Below are positions 9,784 through 22,009 of a stretch of DNA of 64,000 bases, piece by piece; position 1 is the stretch's first letter; each line of letters opens with the position of its first letter. Made by a program: the position numbers and the translations under genes. The DNA lies in assembly GCA_963758635.1 (NCBI GenBank), contig CAVWWD010000003.1, positions 992,001-1,056,000 on the forward strand, read 5' to 3'. The DNA comes from an uncultured Candidatus Rokubacteria bacterium (GTDB lineage: Bacteria; Methylomirabilota; Methylomirabilia; Rokubacteriales; CSP1-6). The notes below the pieces were generated by a model. It saw only the letters and a list, made by a program, of their open reading frames with translations. It ran no database searches and was not told the DNA's origin.

Positions 9784-9859
9784 GGCGGCGTAGCTCAGGT
9801 GGCAGAGCAGGGGTCTCATAAGCCCCGTGTCGGAGGTTCGAGTCCTCCCGCCGCCACCA
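9784..9859 (+). tRNA. tRNA-Met (CAT), probably elongator
   Basis: GGCGGCG/CGCCGCC acceptor stem, TAGCTCAG D arm, GGGGT-CTCATAA-GCCCC anticodon arm, GGTTCGAGTCC T arm, encoded CCA; paired 1:72 argues against initiator; Ile2 not fully excluded. Confidence 0.95.
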
Positions 9860-9916
9860 CGCCCGTTCCTGGCCGCCTTGAACACCGCCGTGATTGTCCA
9901 GTACACTGAACCCCTC

Positions 9917-10702
9917 GTGAGCGACGACATCCTCCTGCAGCGCGACGGCGCCATCGCCACCGTGGTCTTCAACCGCGCGAAGCTCCGCAACGCGATCAAC
10001 CTCGCGATGTGGACGGAGATCGCGCGCGTCACCGACGAGCTCGGGAAGGACGACGGCGTGCGCGCGATCGTCTACCGCGGCGCGGGCACCGAGGCGTTCG
10101 CCTCCGGCGCCGACATCTCGGAGTTCGCGGAGCAGCGGAAGGACCCCGAGACGGCGGCGACGTACAACGCGCGGACGGAGGCCGCATACCGAGCGGTCAG
10201 GGAGTGCCCCAAGCCCACCGTGGCCATGGTGTACGGCTTCTGCATGGGCGGGGCGATGGCCGTGGCCATGGCGTGCGACCTGCGGTTCGCCGCGCAGGGG
10301 TCGAAGTTCGGCATCCCGGCGGCGCGGCTGTCCATCATCTACGGGCTCGATCCCGTCCACCAGCTCGTGGACCTCGTCGGGCCCGCGTACGCCAAGGACA
10401 TCCTCTACTCCGCGCGCGCGCTGGACGCCGACGAGGCCCTGCGCATCGGCTTCATCCAGCGGCTGGTGCCGCCGGGCGAGCTGGAGACGACGACCTACGA
10501 CTACCTGCGCACGGTGGCGGCCAACGCGCCGCTGTCCGTCCGCGGGACCAAGGCGCAGATCCGCGCGATCTTCGAGGGCGTGACCGACGCGCATCGCGCC
10601 CACCTCCGGGAGCTCGGCGTCGAGACCGTCCAGAGCCACGACTACCGCGAGGGCACGCGCGCGTTCATGGAGAAGCGCGCCCCGCGCTTCGAGGGTCGCT
10701 GA
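9917..10702 (+). CDS. Enoyl-CoA hydratase/isomerase family protein
   Basis: AFASGADISEF, GFCMGG, ACDLR, FMEKRAPRFEGR. Confidence 0.9.
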   Translation: MSDDILLQRDGAIATVVFNRAKLRNAINLAMWTEIARVTDELGKDDGVRAIVYRGAGTEAFASGADISEFAEQRKDPETAATYNARTEAAYRAVRECPKPTVAMVYGFCMGGAMAVAMACDLRFAAQGSKFGIPAARLSIIYGLDPVHQLVDLVGPAYAKDILYSARALDADEALRIGFIQRLVPPGELETTTYDYLRTVAANAPLSVRGTKAQIRAIFEGVTDAHRAHLRELGVETVQSHDYREGTRAFMEKRAPRFEGR

Positions 10703-10757
10703 GAGCGTCGGAAACTCGGCGCCCCCTCGTGCCGGCCCGCCCGTCGAGGACCGCGCG

Positions 10758-11834
10758 ATCCGGATCGCGTGCCTGTCGTCCACCCCGCTGAATCCGCGCG
10801 AGGGCAGCGGCACCTTCGTCGGCATCCAGGGGCTCGTCCGCGGGCTCGAGGCGCTCGGTCACCAGGTGTCGATCCGCCCGCTCACGCGCCGCAGCGGCTT
10901 TCACACGTTCGATCGGTGGCTCTACAACGCGAAAGTGGCGGTCTCGCCGCCGCGCGACGCGGACCTCGTGGTGGGGTTCGATCTCGACGGGTTCATGTGG
11001 GCGCGGCGCCGCCAGTTGCCTTTCGTGGCGAGCCTCAAGGGCATCGTCGCCGACGAGCTGAAGAACGAGCGCGGGTGGGTGCGGGCGCTCCTCGGCGTCC
11101 AGGCGCGCTGGGAGCTCCTGAACACCGCCCGCGCCGATCGCGTGCTGGTGACGAGCCATTACCAGGCCCAGGTGGCGCACCGGGAGTACGGCGTGCCCGC
11201 CGATCGTCTCGACGTGGTGCCCGAGCCCATCGACGTCGATCGCTGGCGGGCCGACGTCGCGCGCGCGCGGCGGCGCGAGCGCGCCGGGCCGGTGGTGCTC
11301 TGCGTGGCGCGCCTGTACCCGCGCAAGCGCATCGTCGATCTCATCGAGGCGGGCGCGCGGATGCGCGACGTCGTGCCCGGGCTCGAGATCCGGATCGTCG
11401 GCGACGGGCCGGAGCGCGCCGCCGTCGAGGCGCGCTGCCACGAGCTCGGGCTCGCGGGCATCGCGCGGCTCCTCGGCGACGTGTCGCGCGAGCAGCTCGT
11501 CGAGGAGTACGCCAACGCGGACTGCTTCTGCCTGCCCAGCGTGCAGGAGGGCTTCGGCATCGTCTTTCTCGAGGCGATGACGGCCGGGCTCCCCGTGGTG
11601 GCGTGCCGGGCCGCGGCGATCCCCGAGGTGGTCCTCGATGGACGCACCGGCGTGCTCGTGCCGCCGCGCGATCCCGCCGCGCTCGCGCGCGCGCTTGGCG
11701 ACCTGCTCGCCGCGCCCGACCGCGTGATCCTGCTCGGCGCCGCCGGACGGCAGTGGGCCGCGTCGTTCACGCCGGAACGGGTCGCCCGCCGGTTCCTGGA
11801 CGCTGTACACTCGATCACGGAGGGCACATCGTGA
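10758..11834 (+). CDS. Glycosyltransferase family 4
   Basis: EGFGIVFLEAM (EX7E), ARLYPRK; frame open back to IRIACLSS at 10758 (ATC after GAGGA); first canonical start is GTG 10866. Confidence 0.85.
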   Translation: MRIACLSSTPLNPREGSGTFVGIQGLVRGLEALGHQVSIRPLTRRSGFHTFDRWLYNAKVAVSPPRDADLVVGFDLDGFMWARRRQLPFVASLKGIVADELKNERGWVRALLGVQARWELLNTARADRVLVTSHYQAQVAHREYGVPADRLDVVPEPIDVDRWRADVARARRRERAGPVVLCVARLYPRKRIVDLIEAGARMRDVVPGLEIRIVGDGPERAAVEARCHELGLAGIARLLGDVSREQLVEEYANADCFCLPSVQEGFGIVFLEAMTAGLPVVACRAAAIPEVVLDGRTGVLVPPRDPAALARALGDLLAAPDRVILLGAAGRQWAASFTPERVARRFLDAVHSITEGTS

Positions 11835-12244
11835 CACCGGGACGGGTCTACGTGACGCGCAAGTTCACGTTCTCCGCCGCGCATCGCTACTGGCGGCCGG
11901 AGTGGAGCGCCGAGGAGAACGCGCGCGTCTTCGGCGCCCTCACCGTGACCCACGGGCACAACTACGTGCTCGAGGTCACCCTCGCCGGCCCCGTCGATCC
12001 CGACACCGGCATGGTGATGGACCTCGCCGAGCTCAAGCGCATCGTCACCGACGCCGTGATCGCGCGCTTCGATCACGCCGACCTCTCCGCCGATCCGCTC
12101 TTCGCCGGCGGCGTCATCGCCACCACCGAGAACCTGGTGCGGGCGGCGTGGGACCTGCTCGCGCCCAAGCTCGGCGCCGACCGGCTGTACCGGCTGCGCC
12201 TCGCCGAGGATCCCACGCTGTCCGTCGAGTACTTCGGCCCGTGA
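11831..12244 (+). CDS. 6-pyruvoyl/6-carboxy-tetrahydropterin synthase family, copy 1 (no active-site Cys)
   Basis: FSAAHRYW...[17 protein letters not shown]...TGMV...DH...TTENL. Confidence 0.85.
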   Translation: MTPGRVYVTRKFTFSAAHRYWRPEWSAEENARVFGALTVTHGHNYVLEVTLAGPVDPDTGMVMDLAELKRIVTDAVIARFDHADLSADPLFAGGVIATTENLVRAAWDLLAPKLGADRLYRLRLAEDPTLSVEYFGP

Positions 12245-12645
12245 CGACCTACGCGCTGACCCGCCGCTACCACTTCAGCGCGGGCCACCGGCTCGAGAGC
12301 GCGGCGCTGAGCCCGGAGGACAACGCGCGCGTCTACGGGCAGTGCTATCGCCCCCACGGCCACAACTACGACGTGGAGGTCACGGTGGCCGGGGCGATGG
12401 ATCCCGCCACCGGCATGGCCGCCGATCTCGGCGAGCTCGACGCCGTCGTGGCGCGCGTGCTCCTCGAGCGGGTCGACCACTACGACCTGTCCAGCGCCGT
12501 CCCCGCCCTCGCCGGCGTCGTCACCACCGGCGAGAACCTCGCCCGGACGTTCTGGGAGTGGCTGGCCCCCGCGCTGCCCGCGGGAAGCCTCCGGCGCGTC
12601 GCGGTGGTGGAGACGGCGAACAACACCTTCGAGTACTTCGGATGA
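12241..12645 (+). CDS. 6-pyruvoyl/6-carboxy-tetrahydropterin synthase family, copy 2
   Basis: FSAGHRL...[16 protein letters not shown]...TGENL...ETANN. Confidence 0.88.
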   Translation: MTTYALTRRYHFSAGHRLESAALSPEDNARVYGQCYRPHGHNYDVEVTVAGAMDPATGMAADLGELDAVVARVLLERVDHYDLSSAVPALAGVVTTGENLARTFWEWLAPALPAGSLRRVAVVETANNTFEYFG

Positions 12646-12653
12646 GGAGCCAC

Positions 12654-13256
12654 ATGCCCGCGCCCGACGACGACGCGACGACCAATGGCGATCCGCTGAC
12701 CCCCCACGTGCGCGAGATCCTCAAGGAGCTGGGCGAGGATCCCGACCGGGAGGGGCTCGAGCGCACGCCCGCCCGCGTGGCCAAGGCCTTCCGGTACCTC
12801 ACCTCGGGCTACGGCAAGGACGTGCACGAGGTGCTGAACGAGGCCCTCTTCACGGAAGAGTACGACGAGATGGTCGTCGTGAAGGACATCGACTTATTCT
12901 CGATCTGCGAACATCACCTTCTCCCCTTCATGGGCAAGTGCCACGTGGCGTACATGCCGGGGCGGAAGATCGTGGGCCTGTCGAAGATCCCGCGTCTCGT
13001 CGATATGTTCGCGCGGCGGCTCCAGGTGCAGGAGCGCCTCACCACCCAGATCGCCCACACGCTCAACGAGGTGCTGCAGCCACGAGGCGTCGCGGTGGTG
13101 ATGGAGGCGCTTCACCTGTGCATGCTCATGCGCGGAGTCGAGAAGCAGAACTCCAAGGCCGTGACCTCGGCCATGCTGGGCGCGTTCCGTGACAACGCCG
13201 AGACCCGCGCGGAGTTCATGGAATTGATCAAGTCGCGCGCGGGCCTGGTCATCTGA
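12654..13256 (+). CDS. folE: GTP cyclohydrolase I
   Basis: [51 protein letters not shown]. Confidence 0.95.
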   Translation: MPAPDDDATTNGDPLTPHVREILKELGEDPDREGLERTPARVAKAFRYLTSGYGKDVHEVLNEALFTEEYDEMVVVKDIDLFSICEHHLLPFMGKCHVAYMPGRKIVGLSKIPRLVDMFARRLQVQERLTTQIAHTLNEVLQPRGVAVVMEALHLCMLMRGVEKQNSKAVTSAMLGAFRDNAETRAEFMELIKSRAGLVI

Positions 13257-13281
13257 GCGTGCCGGCGCCGGAGAGCCCGAC

Positions 13282-13998
13282 ATGAAGCTCGAAGGGCAGG
13301 TCGCGCTGGTGACGGGGGCGGGGCGGGGGATCGGACGCGCGATCGCCGTCGCGTTCGCCAAGGAAGGCGCCGACGTCGTCCTCGCCGCCCGCTCGAGCCA
13401 CGAGCTCGCCGCCGTCGCGCGCGAGGTGGAGGCGACCGGGCGCCGGGCGCTCGCCGTGCCCACCGACGTGCGCCAGGAGCCCGCGGTGGCCGCGATGGTG
13501 CGCCGTGCGGTGGCCGAGCTCACGCGGATCGACGTGCTCGTGCACGCGGCCGGTGTCGCGGCCTTCGGTCCCGTCACCGACGCCAAGCCCGAGGACTGGG
13601 ACCAGACCATGGCCGTGAACCTTCGCGGCGCCTACCTCTGCGCCCGGGCCGTGCTGCCCGTCATGGTGGCGCAGCACCGGGGCACCATCATCAACGTGGG
13701 GTCGATGGTGACGAGCCGGACGCTGGCCGGCAGCGCCTCGTACACCGCGTCCAAGTACGGGCTCCTGGGGTTCTCGCGCGTGCTCGCCGAGGAGATGCGG
13801 CCCCATGGCGTGCGGGTGGGGGTGCTGTCCGCGGGCGCCGTTGACACCCCCCTCTGGGACGCCATCCCCTCGCCCCCGGACCGGGCCCGCATGCTCAGGC
13901 CCGAGCAGGTGGCCGACGCCGCCGTGTTCATGGCCAGCCTGGCCCCCAACGGCACCCTGGAGGAGCTGACACTCTTGCCCGCGGGGGGCGTGCTCTGA
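13282..13998 (+). CDS. SDR family oxidoreductase (sepiapterin-reductase candidate by context)
   Basis: TGAGRGIG, YTASK, GAVDTPLW. Confidence 0.88.
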   Translation: MKLEGQVALVTGAGRGIGRAIAVAFAKEGADVVLAARSSHELAAVAREVEATGRRALAVPTDVRQEPAVAAMVRRAVAELTRIDVLVHAAGVAAFGPVTDAKPEDWDQTMAVNLRGAYLCARAVLPVMVAQHRGTIINVGSMVTSRTLAGSASYTASKYGLLGFSRVLAEEMRPHGVRVGVLSAGAVDTPLWDAIPSPPDRARMLRPEQVADAAVFMASLAPNGTLEELTLLPAGGVL

Positions 13999-14005
13999 CG
14001 CGCTT

Positions 14006-14014
14006 TGCTATAAT
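14006..14014 (+). promoter_or_regulatory. Extended -10 promoter upstream of the Fe-S carrier gene
   Basis: TGCTATAAT. Confidence 0.55.
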
Positions 14015-14062
14015 GGGCGACGTGTTTGCACGACACCCGGACAGATCTCAAGGAGACAGAGA

Positions 14063-14389
14063 ATGATCACGTTGACCGAGGCGGCGGCGAAGAAGATCAG
14101 CGACCTTCGGCTGGAGGAAGGCAAGCCCGAGTGGGGCCTCAGGATCCGCCTCGTCGGGGGCGGGTGCTCCGGCATGTCGTACGAGCTCGGGTGGGAGGAA
14201 GCGCCCGCCGATGACGACAACGTGGTCGAATCCCAGGGCGTCAAGGTCTACGTGGACCGTCGCAGCGTGCCCTACGTCACGGGCAGCGAGATCGACTACG
14301 TGGACAACACCATGCTGGGCGCCGGCTTCGCCATCAACAACCCGAACGTGAAGTCGTCCTGCGGCTGCGGCTCGTCGCACCAGTTCTGA
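14063..14389 (+). CDS. A-type Fe-S cluster carrier (ErpA/IscA/HesB)
   Basis: GGGCSGMSY, NPNVKSSCGCGSS. Confidence 0.92.
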   Translation: MITLTEAAAKKISDLRLEEGKPEWGLRIRLVGGGCSGMSYELGWEEAPADDDNVVESQGVKVYVDRRSVPYVTGSEIDYVDNTMLGAGFAINNPNVKSSCGCGSSHQF

Positions 14390-14405
14390 TTCGCCCGCGC
14401 TGTCC

Positions 14406-15105
14406 ATGAAGGTGAACGTGCGGTTGTTCGCCCGCTACCGTGAGGCGGCGGGCCGCGACCGTGTCGAGCTGGACCTGCCCGACGGGGGCACGGTGGAGGC
14501 GGCGTGGGCCGCGATGGCCGCCCGGTTCCCCGTGCTCTCCGAGTACCGTCCCTTCACGCTGTTCGCGGTGGGCAACGACTACGTTCCGGGTGACCGCGCG
14601 CTCGCGCCCGGGGAGGAGCTCTGCCTGTTTCCGCCCGTGAGCGGTGGCGCCGCCGGATGCCGCCGGCATGGACCTGATCGCCGTCACGACCGAGCCGCTG
14701 TCGGAGCGCGCGATGGCCGACGCCGTGGCCGACCCCGGGGCCGGCGCCATCGGGCTCTTCTCGGGCGTGGTGCGCGACCAGACGGGCGGCCGCCGCGTGA
14801 AGTTCCTCGAGTACGAGGCCCACGCGCCCATGGCCGAGGCGAAGATGCGCGAGATCGCCGCGACGCTGCGGGCGCGCTGGCCGGGGCTCAAGCGGATCGC
14901 CATCGTCCACCGCATCGGCCGTCTGGAGATCGGCGAGTCCAGCGTGATGATCGCGGTGTCGTCGCCGCATCGCCGCGAGGCGTTCGAGGCGTGCCACCTG
15001 GCCATCGACACGCTCAAGGAGACGGTGCCGGTCTGGAAGAAGGAGCACTTCGAGGACGGCGAGGTGTGGGTGGGCCTGCAGTCCGAGTGTGACCACCGTC
15101 ACTAG
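14406..15105 (+). CDS. moaE: Molybdopterin synthase MoaD-MoaE fusion (frameshift near 14650)
   Basis: MoaD ...FPPVSGG has no stop after GG; MoaE (FSGVVRD, LEYEA, HRIGRL, VPVWKKE) follows in the +1 frame. Confidence 0.8.
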
Positions 15106-16544
15106 CGCCCCTCTCGTCGCCCGCGCGCTCGAGACCATTCGCCGTCATGGGATGCTCCATGGCGGCGAAGCCGTCTTGATCGGCGTGTCGGGCGGCGCCG
15201 ACTCGCTGGCCCTCCTGGACGTGCTGGTCGCCCTGGCTCCCGCTCTGCGCCTCGACCTCCACGTGGCGCACGTCCACCACGGGCTCCGCGCCGAGGCGGA
15301 CGCCGAGGCCGAGGCGGTGCGCGAGGCGTCGGCGCGTCTCCGCGTGCCCTTCCACCTGGAGCGCGTCAGCGTGCGCGCGCGCGCATGCAGCGGCGCGCCG
15401 GGCTGGGAAGGTCCGGAGGCGGAGGCGCGCCAGGCCCGCCACGCGGCGTTCCGGTCGCTCGCCACCGCCATCGGCGCCACGCGCATCGCCACCGGCCACA
15501 GCGCGGACGACCAGGCCGAGACCGTCCTGATGCGGCTCCTCGCCGGGGCGGGACCGCGCGGGCTCGGCGGGATCGCCCCCATCCGTGGGCCCTACATCCG
15601 GCCCTTGATCGAGACGCGCCGCGCGGCCATCGAGGATCACCTGCGCGCGCGGGGCCTCACGTGGGTCGAGGACGCGACCAACCGCGATCCCGCGTTCCTC
15701 CGCAATCGCGTCCGCCACGACCTGCTGCCGTTCCTCGGAGCGCGGCTCGACCCCGACATCGTCGTCGCCCTGGGACGTGGCGCCGCGCTGGCACGGAGCG
15801 CGGTGGCCGACCTCGAGAGCCGCGGCGTCGCCGAGCTGGAGCGGCTGGGGCGTCCGGACGGGCACGGGCTGCTGCTGGCCGTCGCGCGGCTCCGCGCGCT
15901 GCCCGAGGACCTCGGCGCCGAGGTCCTGCGCCAGGCCGCGTTCCGCGTCCAGCCGAGCCAGGCGCCGCTCCGCGCCCCCGCCCATCGCGCGCTGCGCCAG
16001 GTCCTGGAAGCGTCCGGACCGCGGAGGGCGCTCCGGCTCGGGCGCGCGCGGATCGAGCGGAGCGGGCGCTGGCTCCTCGTGAGCGTCGGCCCGCGAGACG
16101 CCCTGGCCGAGCGCGCGTGGCTCGTTCCCGGGCGGCTCTCCCTCCCGGAGCTGGACGCCTCCCTCGAGGCCCGCTACGTGACGGCGTCTCCCGACTACCG
16201 GCCGCCGCGCCACGCCGCGGGCGTCGCCTTCGACGCCGACCGGCTCCCGTCCCCTCTCGTCGTCCGGGGCCGCCGGCCCGGCGACCGGTTCGAGCCCTTC
16301 GGCGGCGCGGGGACGCGGCGGCTCAAGTCGTTCCTCATCGATGCCGGCGTGCCCCGCTGGGACCGGGCGCGCGTGCCGCTCCTCGAGGCGGGCGGCGAGA
16401 TCGTGTGGGTCGTCGGCCTCCGGCGCGGCGCGATCGGCGCCGGTGACCACGGCGAGCCGGCGTATCCTCGAGGTGACACTGTCCGCGCCGCTGGCGGCCC
16501 CCTGGACCCCCGGAGTAAGATGCTCGCCGGAGGACCGCCCATGA
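15089..16544 (+). CDS. tilS: tRNA(Ile)-lysidine synthetase (frameshift near 16435)
   Basis: SGGADS, HHGLR, GHSADDQAET, RNRVR, C-terminal RLKSFLIDAGVP; true end in the shifted frame overlaps the next ATG. Confidence 0.9.
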
Positions 16545-18000
16545 TCAGCCGCTCCGCCGCCATCCTGCTCGTCGGCTTCACGGTGATCGGCGCCTCGCCC
16601 GCCATCGCCCGGGCCCAGACGGCCCCGGCGCCGGGCCCGTCCGCGGAGTCGCAGCGCGTGCTGCAGTCGCTGGAGGACGCGTTCGCGGCCGTCGCGGACC
16701 GCGTGATGCCGTCGGTGGTCAACGTGAGCGTGAAGGCCGCGAAGGGCGCGGCGGCCGACGGGCCGTCGGACCCGCCCGAGGCCGAGGAGCGCTTCCGCGA
16801 GTTCTTCGGGCGTGAGTTCTTCGAGCGGTTCTTCCGGCGCCGGACGCCCCGCGACGAGGGCCGGGCCGCCGGCTCGGGCGTGATCGTGGACGCGCGCGGC
16901 TACATCCTCACCAACAACCACGTCGTGGAGAACGCCGGCGAGATCGAGGTGCGGCTCTCGGACGACCGGAAGTTCTCGGGCACGCTCGTGGGACGCGATG
17001 CGAAGACGGACCTCGCGGTGGTGAAGATCGACGCGCCGCCCGCGTCGCTCCCCGTCGCGGAGCTGGGCGACTCCGACCGTCTCCGGATCGGGCAGTGGGC
17101 GATCGCCATCGGGAACCCCTTCGGGCTCGACCGCACGGTGACGGTCGGGATCGTGTCGGCCACCGGCCGCAGCCGCGTGGGCGTGGCCACCTACGAGGCG
17201 TTCATCCAGACCGACGCGTCGATCAATCCCGGCAACTCCGGCGGGCCGCTCCTCGACCTGCGGGGGCGCGTGATCGGGATCAACACCGCGATCGTGGCCA
17301 GCGGGCAGGGCATCGGGTTCGCGATCCCCATCAACATGGCCCGCAGCATCATGGAGCAGCTCGTGGCCCGCGGGCGTGTCGTGCGCGGCTGGCTCGGGAT
17401 CGTGATCCAGGACCTCACCGAGGACCTCGCCGCCGGCTTCGGCACCACGGCGGGCAGCGGCGTGCTCATCTCCGACGTGATGCCGGACGGGCCGGCCGAG
17501 GCGGCGGGCGTGAAGCCCGGCGACATCATCGTGGAGTTCGCGGGCGCGCCGATCAAGGAGGTGACCGACCTCCAGCGGCGGGTGGCCGCGGTGGAGCCGG
17601 GCCGGCCTACTCCGCTCACCGTGCTCCGCGACAGGAAGCGCACACCGCTGAGCGTGAAGATCGGCGAGCAGCCGGTCGACGAGACCGTGGTGGCGGCGAA
17701 GCCCCGCGAGGAGTCCTTCGGGCTCAGCGTCGAGCCGCTCTCGCCGGAGGCGGCCGACCGGCTCGGCGTCAGCGGCCGGCCCGGCGTGGTCGTCACGCAG
17801 GTCACGCCGGGCAGCTCGGGCGCGGAGGCGGGGATCCGGCCCGGCGACGCCATCCTCGAGGTCAAGCGCCAGCCCGTCGGCAGCGTCGAGGCGTTCCGGA
17901 AGGTCATGGCCGCGGTGAAGCCGGGCGAGGTCGTGCCCGTCTACCTGCGGCGCCGCGGCGAGGGCCGCGGCGAGTACGTCGTCCTGAAGGCTCCGGAGAA

Positions 18001-18004
<4 letters not shown>
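16541..18004 (+). CDS. Do/DegQ (HtrA) serine endoprotease with 2 PDZ domains
   Basis: Signal peptide, [17 protein letters not shown], two PDZ domains. Confidence 0.92.
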
Positions 18005-19445
<1,441 letters not shown>

Positions 19446-19563
19446 CCCGTCTCACCGCCACCCTGTCCGGGCGCGCGGGTTGGATCACGGCGATGTCGAG
19501 GGTTGCGGTGGGTCAGCCGTTGCCGAGGGGGGCCGGCAAGACACGCGGCTCACCGTGCTGACC

Positions 19564-20744
19564 CTACCGCTGGCTCCATGGTGGAGTGGGGAACCGGGGC
19601 TTTGCCGTGGCCAATTGATCGGGCCACACCACCCCTTCACACCGTCTTGCCACTGCACGAAGAGACCCTTGTTGGCGATCTGGTATCCGCGCTCGTCGAC
19701 GGCATAGTCCCCGAAAATGGTCTTGGTCTTGACCTTCAGCAGCTGTTCGCGGAGCTTCTCGGAGTCCAGACTACCGGCCTGTCTCGCCGTCTCCGTGAAA
19801 AGCCGGCAGCCGGCGTAGGCGCCGGCGGCGTGCAAGCTCGGAGCCCGGTTGAACTCTCTCTGATAGGCCTCGACGAACTCCTTGACGCCGGGGTACGGAA
19901 GGCTCGGCTCCCACGGGGACGCGCCGTACGTGAACTCGGCCGCCTTCCCGAGTTCCCTCTGGAACTCTGCGACCGCGGTGGTGGTCCCAAACATCTTGAC
20001 GTTGAGATCCCGCTCCTGCATCTGACGGGTGAAGGCGATGAAGTCGCTCAAGTTCGCGCTGGAAACGCCGAGGACGTCGGGATTCGCCGCCTTGACCTTC
20101 GCCAGGATGGCCGAGAAGTCCTTGCTGCCCTTGCCGTACTCTTCGTGCAGGACGACGTCCATGCCCTTCTTCTTCGCGAACTCGGTGGTTCCCTTGGCGA
20201 CGGACCTGGGAAACAGCGTGTCCTCGGTGATCAGCGCCACGGTCTTGAGCCCGTGACGTGCGCCGACCTCGATCAGCCCCATCAGGAACAGCTCCGAGGG
20301 TCCGAGCTGCATGAACAGGTAGCGCCGGCCCTGCTCCCAGATCGAGGAGGTTGCGGCCAGTGGCGCGAGCATCACCTTGCGATGCTTCTCCGACACCGGC
20401 GCGACGGCTTCCGTGAGCGGCGAACCGTAGGGCCCCATCACCGCATCCACCTTCTCCTCGACGATGAGCTTCTCGTAAGAGCGGGCGCGATCTTCGAGTC
20501 GGACTTGTCATCGTAGATCACGAACTCGATCGTCCGACCGAGGATGCCGCCCTGCCTCGTTGACGTGCTTCTGACAGAGCAGGTAGCCGTTCCGCGCAGG
20601 CACGCCCTGCGTGTCGTAGGCCCCTGTCTGCGACATCGTGGCCCCGATCCGGATCGGCGGCTGGGCCATGCTCGGCCCCGTCACCGCGATGGCGAGGATC
20701 GCCGGAAGTCCCACGAGCGCCCGCAATGCCCTGGTCTTGTCCAT
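19564..20744 (-). CDS. Branched-chain amino acid ABC substrate-binding protein (orphan; frameshifts near 20545, 20485 and 19635)
   Basis: Signal peptide plus PIRIGATMSQTG, GPYGSP, ...VWPDQLATAKPRFPTPPWSQR* reconstructed across frames. Confidence 0.8.
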
Positions 20745-20862
20745 GAGAGGCCTCCTTTCGCCGCGCCCATGACGCGCTGACGTGGGGAACGTACGTCGCC
20801 TCCCCAGATGTGTCCAATGCATATCTGGTAGTCTTCTTCATGCAGAAATCGAGAGAAGACCG

Positions 20863-21791
20863 ATGAACCTGCGTTACCTTGAGACCTTCGTCCGCATCGC
20901 CGATGCCGGCAGCATCGCGCGGGCGGGCGCGCGGCTGAACGTGAGCCAGCCCGCCGCCTCGCGCCAGGTTCTCGGGCTCGAGGCGGAGCTGGGCGTGCGG
21001 CTCTTCGACCGGATCGGCCGCCGACTTCGGTTGACGTCAGAGGGCGAGGATCTGCTTCGGCAGAGCCGTCGGCTTCTGATGGAAGCCGAGTCGCTCGAGG
21101 CGCGAGCCCGGGACCTCCGGGGCGGCCAGACCGGTATCTTGCGCGTGGGAGCGACCCCGATGGTGATCGAGACGACGCTCTCGGGGTTCCTGAGCCGCTA
21201 CCAGCGCCGTCATCCCGGTGTCGAGGTGCACTTCGTGGAGGATGGCGGCTTGCGCTTACTGAACCGCCTCGAGCAAGGAGACGTTCACCTGGCCCTTGTC
21301 GTGCCCAGCGATCGCTACCAGAGCAGGCTCCTCTATCCGGTCCACAACCTGGGCGTGCTGTCGGACAAGCACCCGCTCAGCCGCCGTCGCGTGCTCGACG
21401 TCGTGGACCTGGCCAATGAGCCCTTGCTTCTCCTCCACCGTACCTTCGGTTCGCGCGAGTGGTTCGACGCCGCCTGTCACGTCGCGCACATTCGACCGCG
21501 CGTGCTCCTGGAGAGCGCGGCGCCTCACGCTCTCATTGCGCTGACCGAGATCGGGTACGGCGTCTCCGTGGTTCCGTCCACGGCAAGGATTCCACCGGGC
21601 GTGCGGGCGGTGGCCTGGTCCAACGCCAGGCATCGATCGGGAGGTGGATCACCGTCGCCTGGGCCCCTCAGCGATCGCTGCCGGCGTACGCCGAGCAGTT
21701 TGCCGGCGAGCTCGCGGTGGAGTGCCGGCGTGACTATCCGGGCCGCCATCTCATTCGCCGGGCACCACCGCTGCCCCGCCCGAAGCCGTGA
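20863..21791 (+). CDS. LysR family regulator (frameshift near 21615)
   Basis: MNLRYLETF...SQPAASRQV...LFDR...LTSEG; substrate-binding domain. Confidence 0.9.
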
Positions 21792-22009
21792 TCGTTCCCG
21801 CCGCGGGCCCGACCTCGAACGGGCTAGCGCGATGAGGCCGCACGACGCCAATGCCAAGGTCGGGCAGCCCAACCCGACTGCCGCCTCTGCACTGACCTGA
21901 CGGTCGTTCCCTGGCGCGGACGAGAACTACGGTCGTCAAGGCGGCAGGTGCGACGCAACTGGCAGTACTCACGTAACGAGCTCTCCGGGAAACCCGGGGC
22001 GGTTCAGGG

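Noticed and set aside
9784..9917. tRNA as an integration site for an island or prophage
   Set aside because: No integrase and no duplicated tRNA 3' end seen; downstream genes look like core genes
11831..13256. Queuosine/7-deazaguanine DNA-modification (dpd) cluster
   Set aside because: No queE, queC, queF, tgt or dpdA in the window; the SDR and GT4 fit a pterin route better
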